The notes under the pieces are model-generated. The model worked only from the letters and a program-made list of their open reading frames with translations. It did not search any database and was not told the origin of the DNA. Below, piece after piece: positions 20,846-31,742 of a stretch of 64,000 nt of DNA (positions are counted from its first letter, which is position 1; the number at the start of each line of letters is the position of its first letter). The stretch is from assembly GCA_012862495.1 (NCBI GenBank), contig BLSG01000269.1, forward strand, positions 10,381-74,380. Direction: 5' to 3'. The translations under genes and the position numbers were made by a program. Source of the stretch: Thraustochytrium aureum (taxonomy: Eukaryota).

Positions 20846-22129
20846 CTATTCCTTTGGAAAGCAAGTCTTGCTGTGCTTGTCCCAAGTGCAGTCGTCCTCA
20901 TTCTTGCACAATGCCTGGGTGAGATCCGCGCAAAGATCCTCGCTGCTCGCATACGACGAGTACGACCCACTGTAGCCAGACCCACTGTAGTCAGACCCAC
21001 TGTATGTAGACCCAGAGTACGAGCCAGAGTATTCAGCGCTCGAGTACTCCTCCTCAACCGGCGGTGGCGTTGGCGACCAAGTTGGCGAAGTAGTCGGAGA
21101 AATTGTTGGCGCGGGCGTGTAGGCGGGCAGGGATGCGAGCTTGGACTCGCAGATCGTGTTGTCCCAGACGCAGCGCTTGGCCACAGCCCCTCTGGAGCAC
21201 TTCTTCAAGTTCCTTTGCTTGCGACAGAAAACTCGTTCCTTGGCCAAGACTGCTTCCTCTTTGGTCGTCGGCTTTGGCGTCGGCGGGGATGGAGGGGGGT
21301 TGCCCGAGTAGAGGTTGGGAACGCGCTCTTGGATCCACGGTAGAAAAGCAGACACGCGCGTGTAGATTCCGTACTTTTTGGGCTTTGCGCAGCCCTCTCC
21401 CCAGCTCACGATGCCCAAAAGCTCAAATTTGCCATTGCCACGTGGCGCAAACATCGGGCCGCCGCTGTCGCCCTGGCAAGAGTCCTTGCCGCCCTCTTGC
21501 AGGCCAGCGCACAGGTTCGTTGCCCTGGTGACCTCGTCTTTGCCGTAGGCGCCGCGCTTCGTGCAGGTTTTGTAGGAGACGAGTGGGATTGCGACGTGGC
21601 GCAATACGTTTTGCACTCTGTCGGCATCTTCTTCGTCGTGTCCCCAACCGATGAGGTCGACCTCCACGCCAGGCTCTTCGTTGGACCTGTTTCGCGAGAT
21701 GAGCTTGATCGGCTCAATGGTGCTGATCGCTGCGTCGAGCTCGATTAGCGCAATGTCGTTCTTCACCGTGTCCGCGTCGTAGTCGGCGTGAATAATCACG
21801 CGTTTTGTCTTGCGGATGACGCGTTTGGAGTTTCTCCCGCTCAGTGCGACCGCACCCATCACTACTTTTGGCTTGGAGCCGTCTTCGACGCAATGCGCGG
21901 CTGTCAGGACCCAGTTGGGACTGACGAGCGCGCCGCCGCAAAAATGGGACCCGAGCTTGTTTTCCTGCAGGCTCGTCACCCACGAGTATTGTTCGAACTC
22001 GGCCTGCGAGACCTTCTCCCCGCCGACGATCTTGGGCGAGTAGTACCGCTCTGGAGACGGCACATCTTTGGCGGTGGCGGAGCTCGAGATGGCACAAAGT
22101 AGCGCCGCTGCTATCCCCACGCTTTTCAT
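20846..22129 (-). CDS. secreted trypsin-like S1A protease 2 with 4-Cys modules and YSGS repeats
   Basis: Signal peptide, K|IVGG, LTAAHC, NDIAL, DSCQGDSGGP. Confidence 0.95.
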   Translation of the reverse strand: MKSVGIAAALLCAISSSATAKDVPSPERYYSPKIVGGEKVSQAEFEQYSWVTSLQENKLGSHFCGGALVSPNWVLTAAHCVEDGSKPKVVMGAVALSGRNSKRVIRKTKRVIIHADYDADTVKNDIALIELDAAISTIEPIKLISRNRSNEEPGVEVDLIGWGHDEEDADRVQNVLRHVAIPLVSYKTCTKRGAYGKDEVTRATNLCAGLQEGGKDSCQGDSGGPMFAPRGNGKFELLGIVSWGEGCAKPKKYGIYTRVSAFLPWIQERVPNLYSGNPPPSPPTPKPTTKEEAVLAKERVFCRKQRNLKKCSRGAVAKRCVWDNTICESKLASLPAYTPAPTISPTTSPTWSPTPPPVEEEYSSAEYSGSYSGSTYSGSDYSGSGYSGSYSSYASSEDLCADLTQALCKNEDDCTWDKHSKTCFPKE

Positions 22130-23320
22130 TCTTGCTGTCTCTACTAGTTCTGGCAGAAAGAGTTCTGTCCTGCTTGCGTCCCGCTGGAACGAGTTGGTAC
22201 AATGCTTTGCACGTCAACGGCGAAGTGTCTTTCAATCGGGATCTGCAAAGATCTGCAAGAGGCTCCTGCAATCTCGCCCCGGCGCCCCCGCTACGTTGAG
22301 CGAGCGGCAACAGCACCTTGCGCGCTTTAGGCCTACCGATTGACGCGGAGGAGCCTCGCCAATCGACGCGGACGTGACATTTCAGCTTCAGCTCGCTCTG
22401 CAACGGCCGGGGGTGGGTCCGTTACTCCAAAAAGCGAAAGCAGAGCCGGGTTGCTCGCGGTCGAATGAGCGGTACTGAGTAGGCCTTACTCACCGTGAAC
22501 TCTCTCATCGCACTTCGCGTTGCATCCGAACCGCTTCCATCATTAAGCAAGCCAGCCGCGCTCGTGGCCGTGCCCATGCCTGCCTCCAGTTGGCCAAATT
22601 TTTGGCGGCGCGGTGGGCCGCGGTTAGAGCCCGCGCGGGGCGGGCAGAGCAGCTAGCTGCTCCAGTGTGGGGCAAAGCAGCGTATGACACAACCCGCCCG
22701 CACCCTGCAAACGCCCTACGCTCGCGCGCATACTTCACGGCCTGATGCGCCGCGGGCAGGGATCCTCGATGACCCTTTGATGTTTTCGGGACACGCCGCA
22801 ACGTCGATGTTTAGAGTTTCCGCAGCCTGCACCGGGACACCTCTGCGGGCGAAGAAGGCGGCGTGCTGAAGAGCCCCGGCCGGGCCAGTCACGTAGGAGC
22901 GGAACCGGGCTGNNNNNNNNNNNNNNNNNNNNNNNNNNNNNNNNNNNNNNNNNNNNNNNNNNNNNNNNNNNNNNNNNNNNNNNNNNNNNNNNNNNNNNNN
23001 NNNNNNNNNNNNNNNNNNNNNNNNNNNNNNNNNNNNNNNNNNNNNNNNNNNNNNNNNNNNNNNNNNNNNNNNNNNNNNNNNNNNNNNNNNNNNNNNNNNN
23101 NNNNNNNNNNNNNNNNNNNNNNNNNNNNNNNNNNNNNNNNNNNNNNNNNNNNNNNNNNNNNNNNNNNNNNNNNNNNNNNNNNNNNNNNNNNNNNNNNNNN
23201 NNNNNNNNNNNNNNNNNNNNNNNNNNNNNNNNNNNNNNNNNNNNNNNNNNNNNNNNNNNNNNNNNNNNNNNNNNNNNNNNNNNNNNNNNNNNNNNNNNNN
23301 NNNNNNNCCTGGGCGCGACG

Positions 23321-24379
23321 ATGCAGTATGATGAAGCGCTTGTGGCGGCTGCACGGCACGGCCAAGCTAAGGCCGTTAAGGTGCTCTTAGACGCTGGCGC
23401 TGATCCCGACGTGGAGACGCATTTTGCGGAAGATGAAACCGCCCTTTTGTTGGCTGCGGAAAACCGCCACACCGAGGTCGTGAAGGTGCTACTGGCCGCA
23501 GGCGCTTCTGTAGACGTGCTCCGTTCCGGGGAAGAGTTTATCGACGAGTCCGCGCTGCATCTGGCTGCGGAGCAGGGCATGGTCGAGATGGTCAAGCTGT
23601 TGCTGAACGCGGGTGCCGACGTCAACATTGGCAGATGCAGCCGCGAGTACATTGGAGAAACCGCCCTTGCCCTGGCTGCTGAGAACGGACATGCCGAGAT
23701 CGTCAAACTTCTCCTGGATGCCGGTGCACAAGTCAACATGCGTTTACAGCTCGAGTTTCTCAATCATCGCGCCGTAACTGCGCTAATGCGTGCTGTTGGG
23801 AGTGACCAAACCGAGATCGTCAAGATGCTTTTGGATGCCGGGGCTGACGTCAAGTCAACTGACGGTGGCGAGGGCAGCTACACTGAATTTGCGCTGCATG
23901 TGGCTGCGGAGCGAGGCCTCACCGAGATGGTCAGGCTTCTCTTGCTCGCCGGTGCAAACGTCGACAGACGCAGAGACTGGTGCGAATATTGTTGCGAAAC
24001 ACCTCTTGTTGTGGCTGTGGATTACGGCCAGATTGAGATCGTCAAGCTGCTCCTGGACGCAGGCGCAACGGTAGACTTGGCCAGAGAGCAGGCGAATCAA
24101 TGCGAATTTGACGAAACCGCGCTCCTCGTCGCCGCCAAGAACCATGAGATGGCGATCTTCAATATGCTTCTGAACGCAGGCGCAGATCCCAGCAAGGCGA
24201 TAAGCTCGGCCGCCCGTGACAAGCGCAGTGACGTCGTTAACTGCCTCTTGGGCGTTGGCGCAGATATCAACGCCGTCGATGGGGCTGGCGATACCGCCAT
24301 GGTGCACGCCGAGAATATCGGGGATGACGAGCTGATTAAAGCTCTCCGTTTCTTTGGCGCAAAGGCCGACGCAGTCTGA
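23321..24379 (+). CDS. ankyrin-repeat protein (~8-9 repeats)
   Basis: Repeated ETAL..AAE.GH.EIVKLLLDAGA.VN. The start lies next to a gap, so the gene may extend 5'. Confidence 0.95.
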   Translation: MQYDEALVAAARHGQAKAVKVLLDAGADPDVETHFAEDETALLLAAENRHTEVVKVLLAAGASVDVLRSGEEFIDESALHLAAEQGMVEMVKLLLNAGADVNIGRCSREYIGETALALAAENGHAEIVKLLLDAGAQVNMRLQLEFLNHRAVTALMRAVGSDQTEIVKMLLDAGADVKSTDGGEGSYTEFALHVAAERGLTEMVRLLLLAGANVDRRRDWCEYCCETPLVVAVDYGQIEIVKLLLDAGATVDLAREQANQCEFDETALLVAAKNHEMAIFNMLLNAGADPSKAISSAARDKRSDVVNCLLGVGADINAVDGAGDTAMVHAENIGDDELIKALRFFGAKADAV

Positions 24380-24806
24380 ACGGGGCCGAACCGCGTCGGC
24401 AGACGCATGCTGCCAGCAAGTTGAACGGCACGAACTGGTGGTGTGCATCGCGCGAGGAGCGACCGCGTTGACGCCCTGGGCGGAACTCAGCAGCCTCGTG
24501 GATCCTGTGGATGGGAGGCCCTTTCGTGGCCTTGAAAGAAAAACGAAAACCTGCGCCGCCCGCCAAAAGGTTCGGCAGTGGTGCGATTGCGTTCAACCTT
24601 TGGAGGTCACGCCGCCCCGCCCCGCCCCGCCCCGCCCTCCCTTTTCTACGCCTAAAAAAAGCAACAACAACAACAACGACAACGAAGCAGTACGGTAGAT
24701 GACCCAGACGCAACCTGCAGTTCCGAATTGGAGGTTTTCGAAGGCCAGCGGGTTGCGATAAAATATACAGTTTTTGGCGGGGCAGGGTAGTTCATAACAA
24801 TGCAGT

Positions 24807-25368
24807 TCAGGGGCCTTCGCTCTGCTCGTAGTCTGCAGAAGCTTTGTCGGCAGCGACGGCGCTCGGGTCCCAAAAAACNGCGGTCGGCTCGATCTTTCCT
24901 GCAGCGACGGCNNNNNNNNNNNNNNNNNNNNNNNNNNNNNNNNNNNNNNNNNNNNNNNNNNNNNNNNNNNNNNNNNNNNNNNNNNNNNNNNNNNNNNNNN
25001 NNNNNNNNNNNNNNNNNNNNNNNNNNNNNNNNNNNNNNNNNNNNNNNNNNNNNNNNNNNNNCAACCTCTCAATGACAATAGCCTCGAGAGGCGCGCGTGT
25101 CGGCCTGCTGGTTGGCGACAACGTGGGCCGTCGAGTCGGCCTACTTGTCGGCGCCGGCGTCGGGCGTTGGTACGGCAGCTGATTCACACTCGGCTGGGGC
25201 GTGCTCACGCCTGGGCCACCATTCGACTTGATGACCGAGCGCACCCACAATTCGTACTTGGAGACGCGAGTGTAGACGCCGAATCGGTTTGGGCGCGCAC
25301 AACCATCGCCGAAACTAACGACGCCAATCTGGACGTGACCGTTATTCGCGGAGACGACAAGAGGCCCT

Positions 25369-25401
<33 letters not shown>

Positions 25402-26075
25402 TCGACAAAGCCGGCGCAGATCTGCTTGGAAGTGATTGTTTTCTTGGACGCGTTGACAAAAGCTCTTGCGCAAGTCTCGCGATCGACGACGGGGACGCGG
25501 ACCTCTTGGAGCACCCGGGCGTCGCGCCAGCCGCCCTCGCGAGTGACGCCCCAGCCAACGATTGTTGCTAGATTCCCAGGAGACTCGAGTTCATTGTCAG
25601 CGCAGAGCTTTACTGGGCTGATGGACTTGATTGAGCTACTCAGCTTGAGGAGCGCGATGTCGTCAGAACCACTCTTCGTGTCAAACTTCGGGTGTCGAAC
25701 GACTTTGACCACATCGCGAGCCTCGCGCCCTTCCTCGTGTTTGCCGTATATTTCGACCTGGTTGAATACAATACGCTCCGGCGGGAAGGAGCCAACCTCG
25801 ACGCAGTGCGCTGCAGTGAGAGCCCAGCGCGGAGCGACGAGACTTGCGCCGCACAGGTGCGTGTTGTAAAACTGCATGCTCCCCATCCACGGATAGCTTC
25901 GCGTCCGGTTGTCCACGTCACTCCCGCCGACGATACGCGTCGACAAGAGTGCCCGAGCCGTATCCCTGTTCGCTTCGCCGGCGCCGCCCGCGGCCACCGC
26001 CATTCCAAGCACAAGCCCCCACACCACTACCACCGAAATGGCCCTGCCCGAAGCCCGGCCTGCGCAAGCATCCAT
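24807..26075 (-). CDS. secreted trypsin-like S1A protease 3; 3' end uncertain (gap)
   Basis: ATG 26075, hydrophobic leader, R|IVGG, LTAAHC, DDIAL, DACQGDSGGP, PT linker. Confidence 0.9.
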
Positions 26076-27222
26076 TCCAGCCTGGTAGCCGTGCGCCCCA
26101 ATTGCAGGCCCTCCGACGCAGCCAGCCTTCTTGCGCCGGCCCAGTCCAAGCCGCGACTGGCCTTGGACCCGGCCGGAGTTTCGCGCCGACTTGCAGGTCT
26201 GCCGTCGCCAAGCGCCGCCCTTCGACGGCACTGCCTCGGGCACCGTCACGAGCCCGAACGAGGACTCCTCCGAGCGCCTGCTCCTGCTGCTCCTGCTCCT
26301 GCTCCTGCTGCCGCAGGTGCCGCGCGCGGCTGGATCGAGGCGTGCGTTGAGGCTCTTCGGGCCAGGCCAAACGAGTGTAAGTAGTAGGTGCAGACGAGTG
26401 CGATGTTGTTGTTGAGCGCAGCGGCTGGGCTGCAGTTGCGCTCGACAGAAGGCCTTGCGCTCGACAAAAGTAGCTGCCGGAGCCGCTCGTAACGGCGGTC
26501 GCTTTTGCCGCGGTAGCCCCGCCACTGGGACGATGCATGCGGTGGAGAGACTTGGAGAGTCGACAACTTCAACGGAAGTCCTCGATCTGAATTCTGACGT
26601 GACGTGCAACTGGAACATAGCCAACCACTCAAAGCAAACTGTTTTTTCTCCAGGCCATCGAGCTGTGCGGCCCACGCCGGCCATGCCGCCCGGGGGCGCT
26701 GCAGGCTTGCGCTGTGGGACGTTTTGCTTTGCTCCGCCCATCGGCGCAACGCCCACGTTTGGCGCTGCCGGGGTCGGCACAGGTATGGCGGGCGCAACGG
26801 TCGACTGCACGATCATGTGCGCCGGCCGACTGCTCCCTGCAGAAGCGCGGCTCAGCAGCCCGGCAAGCGGTGGCAAGGGCGGCAATCTCGCCGATGACGG
26901 CATCCAAAGCGTGCAGGCAGGCGGATTCCAAGACGCCGAGTAGAGTGCGCCATTAGCAGCAGCTGCTGCGTGAAACACGCCAGGTCCGTGGACATCACCC
27001 TGGGAGGCCTAGCTTTCCCTGACGCTGACGCTGTTGTTCAGGACTATGCCGCCACGTATCGAGGATGGGCAAGGCCTGCGCCCGTCCGCCTTGCGGTGGC
27101 TCCGTTTCGCCGTTCTTGGAGCGACGCGTCCGCCGTCGTCCTGAGCGCACTCCGAGATCGCGTCGCGCAAGCTGCAAGGCCGCTGAGCCCGCCGACATGC
27201 GGGCCCTCCCGAAGGAGGAGCC

Positions 27223-27285
27223 ACTGGTGGGGGAGGGAAACAGCTGTGAGCTGCGACTGGTGGGGGAGGGAAACAGCGGTGAGCG
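27223..27285. repeat. 33-bp direct duplication
   Basis: ACTGGTGGGGGAGGGAAACAGCkGTGAGC x2. Confidence 0.85.
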
Positions 27286-27395
27286 CGTTTGACATTTTCT
27301 GTTGTACAGGGCCAGGCCAGCCCAGGCCAGGCCCGACGAGGCAGGGCAGTGGACACACGAGAGACGCCAAGAGCGGACAGGAAGCGCGCGCACTA

Positions 27396-28664
27396 TCATG
27401 GCTTGGGAAGCTGCGAAAAGCACTTGCGACCGCGCGGAGCGCGCTTGTTATACCTGCACCGGTTGCCCGCTCTTGTGCAAGTTCTTTTGTCCTCGATCGC
27501 GTTGCAGAAGCGGCTCTCGAATGCCCAAGTGCCCGGGCGAGTCGACTCCTCCGTGGTTGGCGAGCTGGTCGGGGCCGCTGTTGGCGGCATGGGAATGGAC
27601 GTGCTGCACCGCCTGCTCTGCCAGACACAGCCCGAGGCCTTTCTGCATGCTCTCGCGTTTCGCCAGTTTTGGCAAACTCTGTTCTCTGCAGCCCACATGT
27701 CGAAAGTGAACTGGGTTGGGGAGACTGTAGGGAAAGGCGTTGGCCGGTGCGTGCTTCCAATGACGTACGAGGTGATCCAGTCGCTGAATGCTTCAACGCG
27801 CGTGTACACCCCGTACTTGTTCCTCTTGGCACACCCATCGCCCCAGGAAACCACCCCAAGTACGACCTCGTCAAAGTCCTCCTCCTCGTCGTCGTCGTCG
27901 TCGTCCTGGCCAGCGAGCCGTCTATCGCGCCCCACTCGGCGCTTCGCGACAAGCGGCCCCCCGAGTCCCCGTTGCAGGCGTCGCGGCCGCCTCCCTTGAA
28001 GCCGGCGCATATCTGCTTTTCTTCGCTGATCCACGCTGCTGGGTAGGAGCTTGGAGCAGTGCAGGCCGCATAGGAGGGCCACGGGGATTTTGGCTCTCCT
28101 CAAGCCTGCCGATAAGAAGCCATATTCGCTGGTGAGGCCCCAGCCCAAGACCTCCACTTCATAGCCGGACGCGTACACCCCGTCGTCTGTGTTGTCCGGG
28201 GTCGCCCACATGATAGGCTCGACTGTTGTGACGGCCTTGTTGAGTTGAATGAGTGCGATGTCGTTGAACAGCAGGTCCGGATCGTACGCCTGGTGAACCT
28301 TGATCGAGTGCGAGTAGCGCACTAAAGCGTCCTTTCTCAGCGGGTACAGCACGTTCTCCCCCACAATGATGCGTCCTGGCTTTATCTGCCGCCCGTCGCT
28401 GTCCTGGACGCAGTGTGCCGATGTGAGCACCCACCTGCTCGAAACGAGCACGCCCCCGCAGTAGTGTGCGGAATTCGGGTACTGCAAGCTCACCATGAAG
28501 CTCCTGCTCAGGTCGGTTATCGGGACGCGGGTCCCGCCGACAATTCTTGGCGAAGGCCCGTTCGAAGCCATGCGCCTCTCCCGAGGGCTATCAACTATCT
28601 GCGCAGCGCCGACGGCCATCAAGGCCCAGACCAGCCGTGCCACAACCGCCGCCGCGACCCTCAT
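27396..28664 (-). CDS. secreted trypsin-like S1A protease 4 with compensating +1/-1 frameshifts
   Basis: R|IVGG, LTSAHC, NDIAL. The alternate frame at ~27960-28075 reads QICAGFKGGGRDACNGDSG. Two C-terminal 4-Cys modules. Confidence 0.9.
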   Translation of the reverse strand: MRVAAAVVARLVWALMAVGAAQIVDSPRERRMASNGPSPRIVGGTRVPITDLSRSFMVSLQYPNSAHYCGGVLVSSRWVLTSAHCVQDSDGRQIKPGRIIVGENVLYPLRKDALVRYSHSIKVHQAYDPDLLFNDIALIQLNKAVTTVEPIMWATPDNTDDGVYASGYEVEVLGWGLTSEYGFLSAGLRRAKIPVALLCGLHCSKLLPSSVDQRRKADMRRLQGRRPRRLQRGLGGPLVAKRRVGRDRRLAGQDDDDDDEEEDFDEVVLGVVSWGDGCAKRNKYGVYTRVEAFSDWITSYVIGSTHRPTPFPTVSPTQFTFDMWAAENRVCQNWRNARACRKASGCVWQSRRCSTSIPMPPTAAPTSSPTTEESTRPGTWAFESRFCNAIEDKRTCTRAGNRCRYNKRAPRGRKCFSQLPKP

Positions 28665-29123
28665 CGGGGCACGTCCCGGCAGCTCGCTCACGTCGGCCAG
28701 GCCTGGTTGCAAAACCCCTCAGCCCAGGTTCTCGCGTCACTTGCACGTCGCCGTCGTCCTGCCCAGGCGAGCAGGCCAGCGCCCGAGCAGGAGCTGTGCC
28801 GCGGCCAAAGTAAGTATCGAAGCCCTTGCTCGTCACCGCACTAGCGCGGTGGCCAGCTCGCAGAATGCAAGCTGGCAGGCAGGCAGGCAGGTAGGCAGGC
28901 TAGCTCGCATACATTATACGAAGTTATACGAGCCCGCGCGCGCGAGGCGCACGGCAAACCCCGCTCCGGACGAGCACGCGAAGACGGGCAGGCGCGCACC
29001 GACAGGGTCTGATCGGCTCGCTTGCGCGCCCGGAGGCGCAGCCCGCGGCCCGGGACGGCCGCGCGGCCTGGGACGGGGCGGCGCGGGGAGCGGGGAGCGC
29101 GTGCAGCTGGTGTTCGGATCGAG

Positions 29124-30426
29124 ATGGAGGAGGAACACGACCTTGGAAGCCGCGCCGCGGCCCTCGCGAAGCTGGGCGCCACCGAGGAGGTGTGGATCGG
29201 CCGGTCCGAGGCGCTCAAGAAGGAGGTGGTGACGGTGAGCGAGAGCGCGCTCGTCCTGGCTAAGGAGGAGGCCACTGGCTGTGACGTGCTCCTTCTGGCC
29301 GCCTTGCTGGACAAGGCGGCCAAGCGACTCCAGCTGCTCGCAGGGGAAGACATGGTGGATGAAGACCTTGGCGTAGTAAGATACCTGGCCAAAGCGCGCG
29401 TGACAATCGGCGGCCACGCAGACGACGACTACGCCGAGACGCTTGTGGAGGCCATTCGGATCGACCACCTACTCGGGTGCTTTGCAGCAAAACCGGCAGA
29501 TGCACCCTCCAACGGGCTTGCAGTGCTCGATTTGGTCCCTAAGGAGCTCCTGGACTACGGCCCTACCGAGCTAGTCCACACCATCGTTGCGAAACGGGAC
29601 CGCGCACCAAGATACATCCCTGAACCGCAAGAGCGCCGGCACTCGATGTCGGGGCCTGAATGCATCGCGTCGCCCAAGGCGCAGCGCGAATCCCCCAAAT
29701 CGCCCCCCCTACGCACCTTCGAGACGACCCCGACCGTCAACAGCCAGCCAAAACGGAAGAGCGAACCAAGCCTCCAATTCTCGACGCGGTGGGGTCTACG
29801 GAAAAACCTGGGCCGCCTGCTGCACTTGGGCAAGCCAACCGGCGCTGGGGATGAAACTGAACCGGTCGAGGAAGCAGTCCCTGCTCCAGCCCCGCCGATC
29901 ACGGGCAGCGGGGACGAGCTACCCCCCGAACCTGCTCATGAGCAAGCGGCTCACCTGCCAGAGCAGGCGGCTCTCCAGGGCCATTTGGATGCCCCAGGCA
30001 ATCTGACTCACTCAATGAAAACCGGCAAAGCCTCCAAGAGAACCTGGGACTGGTCCAGCAAGAATCGGCCGAGCGCCGCTTTCGCCACCGGTCTCTCCGA
30101 AAGTGATGATCCATCCCAAACCGGCGGTCCCTCTCGACGGATCCACTGCGCCGCCAGTACTTGACGTCAGATTGAGTCCGTCGCAACGCGCATTTGAGAG
30201 GAACCTTGCCGAAGCCCGAAAGAAAAGGGCTAGTGCCCCGGAGGGCGACGCGACCTTGAAAGTCCGGCCTGGTGAGCCCTTCCGGGTTAAGAGCTTTGAA
30301 GGCGGCATGGGAGCGCCCACGGCGAACCAAGGCAAGCAAGGCAAGCAAGAAACGCAAGTAATGTACGAGACGCTACGTGTTCCACGGAACGAGGCGTTCA
30401 AAATGGACATGTTCGACAAGACGTAG
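29124..30426 (+). CDS. hypothetical protein (helical N-terminus, disordered C-terminus); probable frameshift near 30130
   Basis: ATG 29124 MEEEHDLG, coding-like ORF to 30164; plausible continuation in the 30103..30426 frame. Confidence 0.6.
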
Positions 30427-30614
30427 AGCGCTCCAAGTCAGTCACACCTACTCTACCGTTATTTGTGGGTGGTTTTTTTTAAAGCGTTTGTGGGAAACAC
30501 CCGCCAGCAGTGGACCTGCGTTGCCTCTCTCTACTAGAGTACAGAGCTTTGCTTGCTAGCCCTCGACTCGCGCTGCCGCAAACGAATGGCCTCGCCGTGC
30601 TGATCGCGCGCTCG

Positions 30615-31337
30615 CTACTCCTCCGCCGCCTCGGGCGACTGCTCGAACAGCTTGGCGAACGGGCCAGCCAGCGCTGCCGGCGTTTTGCTGGCCTTGTTCT
30701 TGAGCTTTGCGTTCGCGTTGCTCTCGAGCAGCCACGTAATTATGCCACGAAACCGGTTCATCGCGGCGATGTGGAGCACAGTGTTGCCCTTCACGTCCTG
30801 CGCATTGATATCTGCCCCGCACTTGATCAGGCGCTGCACCACCGACAAGTGCCCGTCATTGCACGCCTTGTGCAGAGCTGTGGCTTTCGCATTGTTCTCC
30901 GCGTTCACGTTCGCGCCTGCGCTTATCAGCTTGTCGACGGGTTCCAGGACACCACGCTCGCACGCAAAGTGGAGGGCCGTGTTTCCGCTCGCGTCTGGAG
31001 CGTTCACGTCCGCTCCTCGCTCTAGCAACTCGGCAAGCACAGCATCCTTGAGCTGGTTGCAGGCGTGATGCAGCGGCCGGAGGCCGCCAAACCCAACCGA
31101 CTCGACGTCGGCGCCGAGCTCGAGCAAGTACTTCACCGTGTCCACGTACCCGTTGCGCGCAGCCCAGACGATGGGCTGGCACCCATACTCGTCCGCCGCA
31201 TTGATATCAATCGGGTTCTTAGGATGCTCTACAAGCGTACGCAGCCCTGCCGTGTCGCCGATGCCGGCCAGCTTCCACGGGTTGCTTTCAATGGCCGGCC
31301 TTTCATCCTTGTCCGCGGCGCCCTTCTTCTTGCTCAT
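30615..31337 (-). CDS. ankyrin-repeat protein (240 aa)
   Basis: GNTALHFAC, TALHKAC, GNTVLHIAA and GADVN motifs. Confidence 0.95.
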   Translation of the reverse strand: MSKKKGAADKDERPAIESNPWKLAGIGDTAGLRTLVEHPKNPIDINAADEYGCQPIVWAARNGYVDTVKYLLELGADVESVGFGGLRPLHHACNQLKDAVLAELLERGADVNAPDASGNTALHFACERGVLEPVDKLISAGANVNAENNAKATALHKACNDGHLSVVQRLIKCGADINAQDVKGNTVLHIAAMNRFRGIITWLLESNANAKLKNKASKTPAALAGPFAKLFEQSPEAAEE

Positions 31338-31742
31338 CGCTCCAGCCGCTCACCCCCCACCACCCACCCGACGCAGGGCCTCGCAGCAGCCGCCTCGCAG
31401 TCCGCGCCACGCAGTCGTCCGCGTCACGCGCCGCTTCGCTTCCTCGTCGAGCGTCTGCGCATCAGCAGCGAAGAGTCCGGCCACGGGCCAAACCAAGTCG
31501 TGGCGCGCCGCGACAGCCAAAACCAACGCGTATCAATCAAACCGAGCAGCACCACCACCAGCCAGCACCAACCAACCAACAGAAAGCAAACCAGCAAAAC
31601 CAGCAACCAAAACCAGCAACCAAGCAAGCAAGCAAGCAAACCGGCCGAGCGCAGCCTCCTCGCTCGCACGCACGCACGCACGCCGTCCTCCTCGCTGTCT
31701 CGCCCGCCGGCTCAACCGTCCTCTCCCCGAAACCCGCACCGC

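Noticed and set aside
26076..26978. 300-aa N-terminal extension on trypsin 3, or a separate gene in this interval
   Set aside because: A signal-like peptide starts at 26075. The upstream ORF has no motifs and is consistent with GC-rich chance openness; an LRR-like fragment near 26880 is interrupted by stops.
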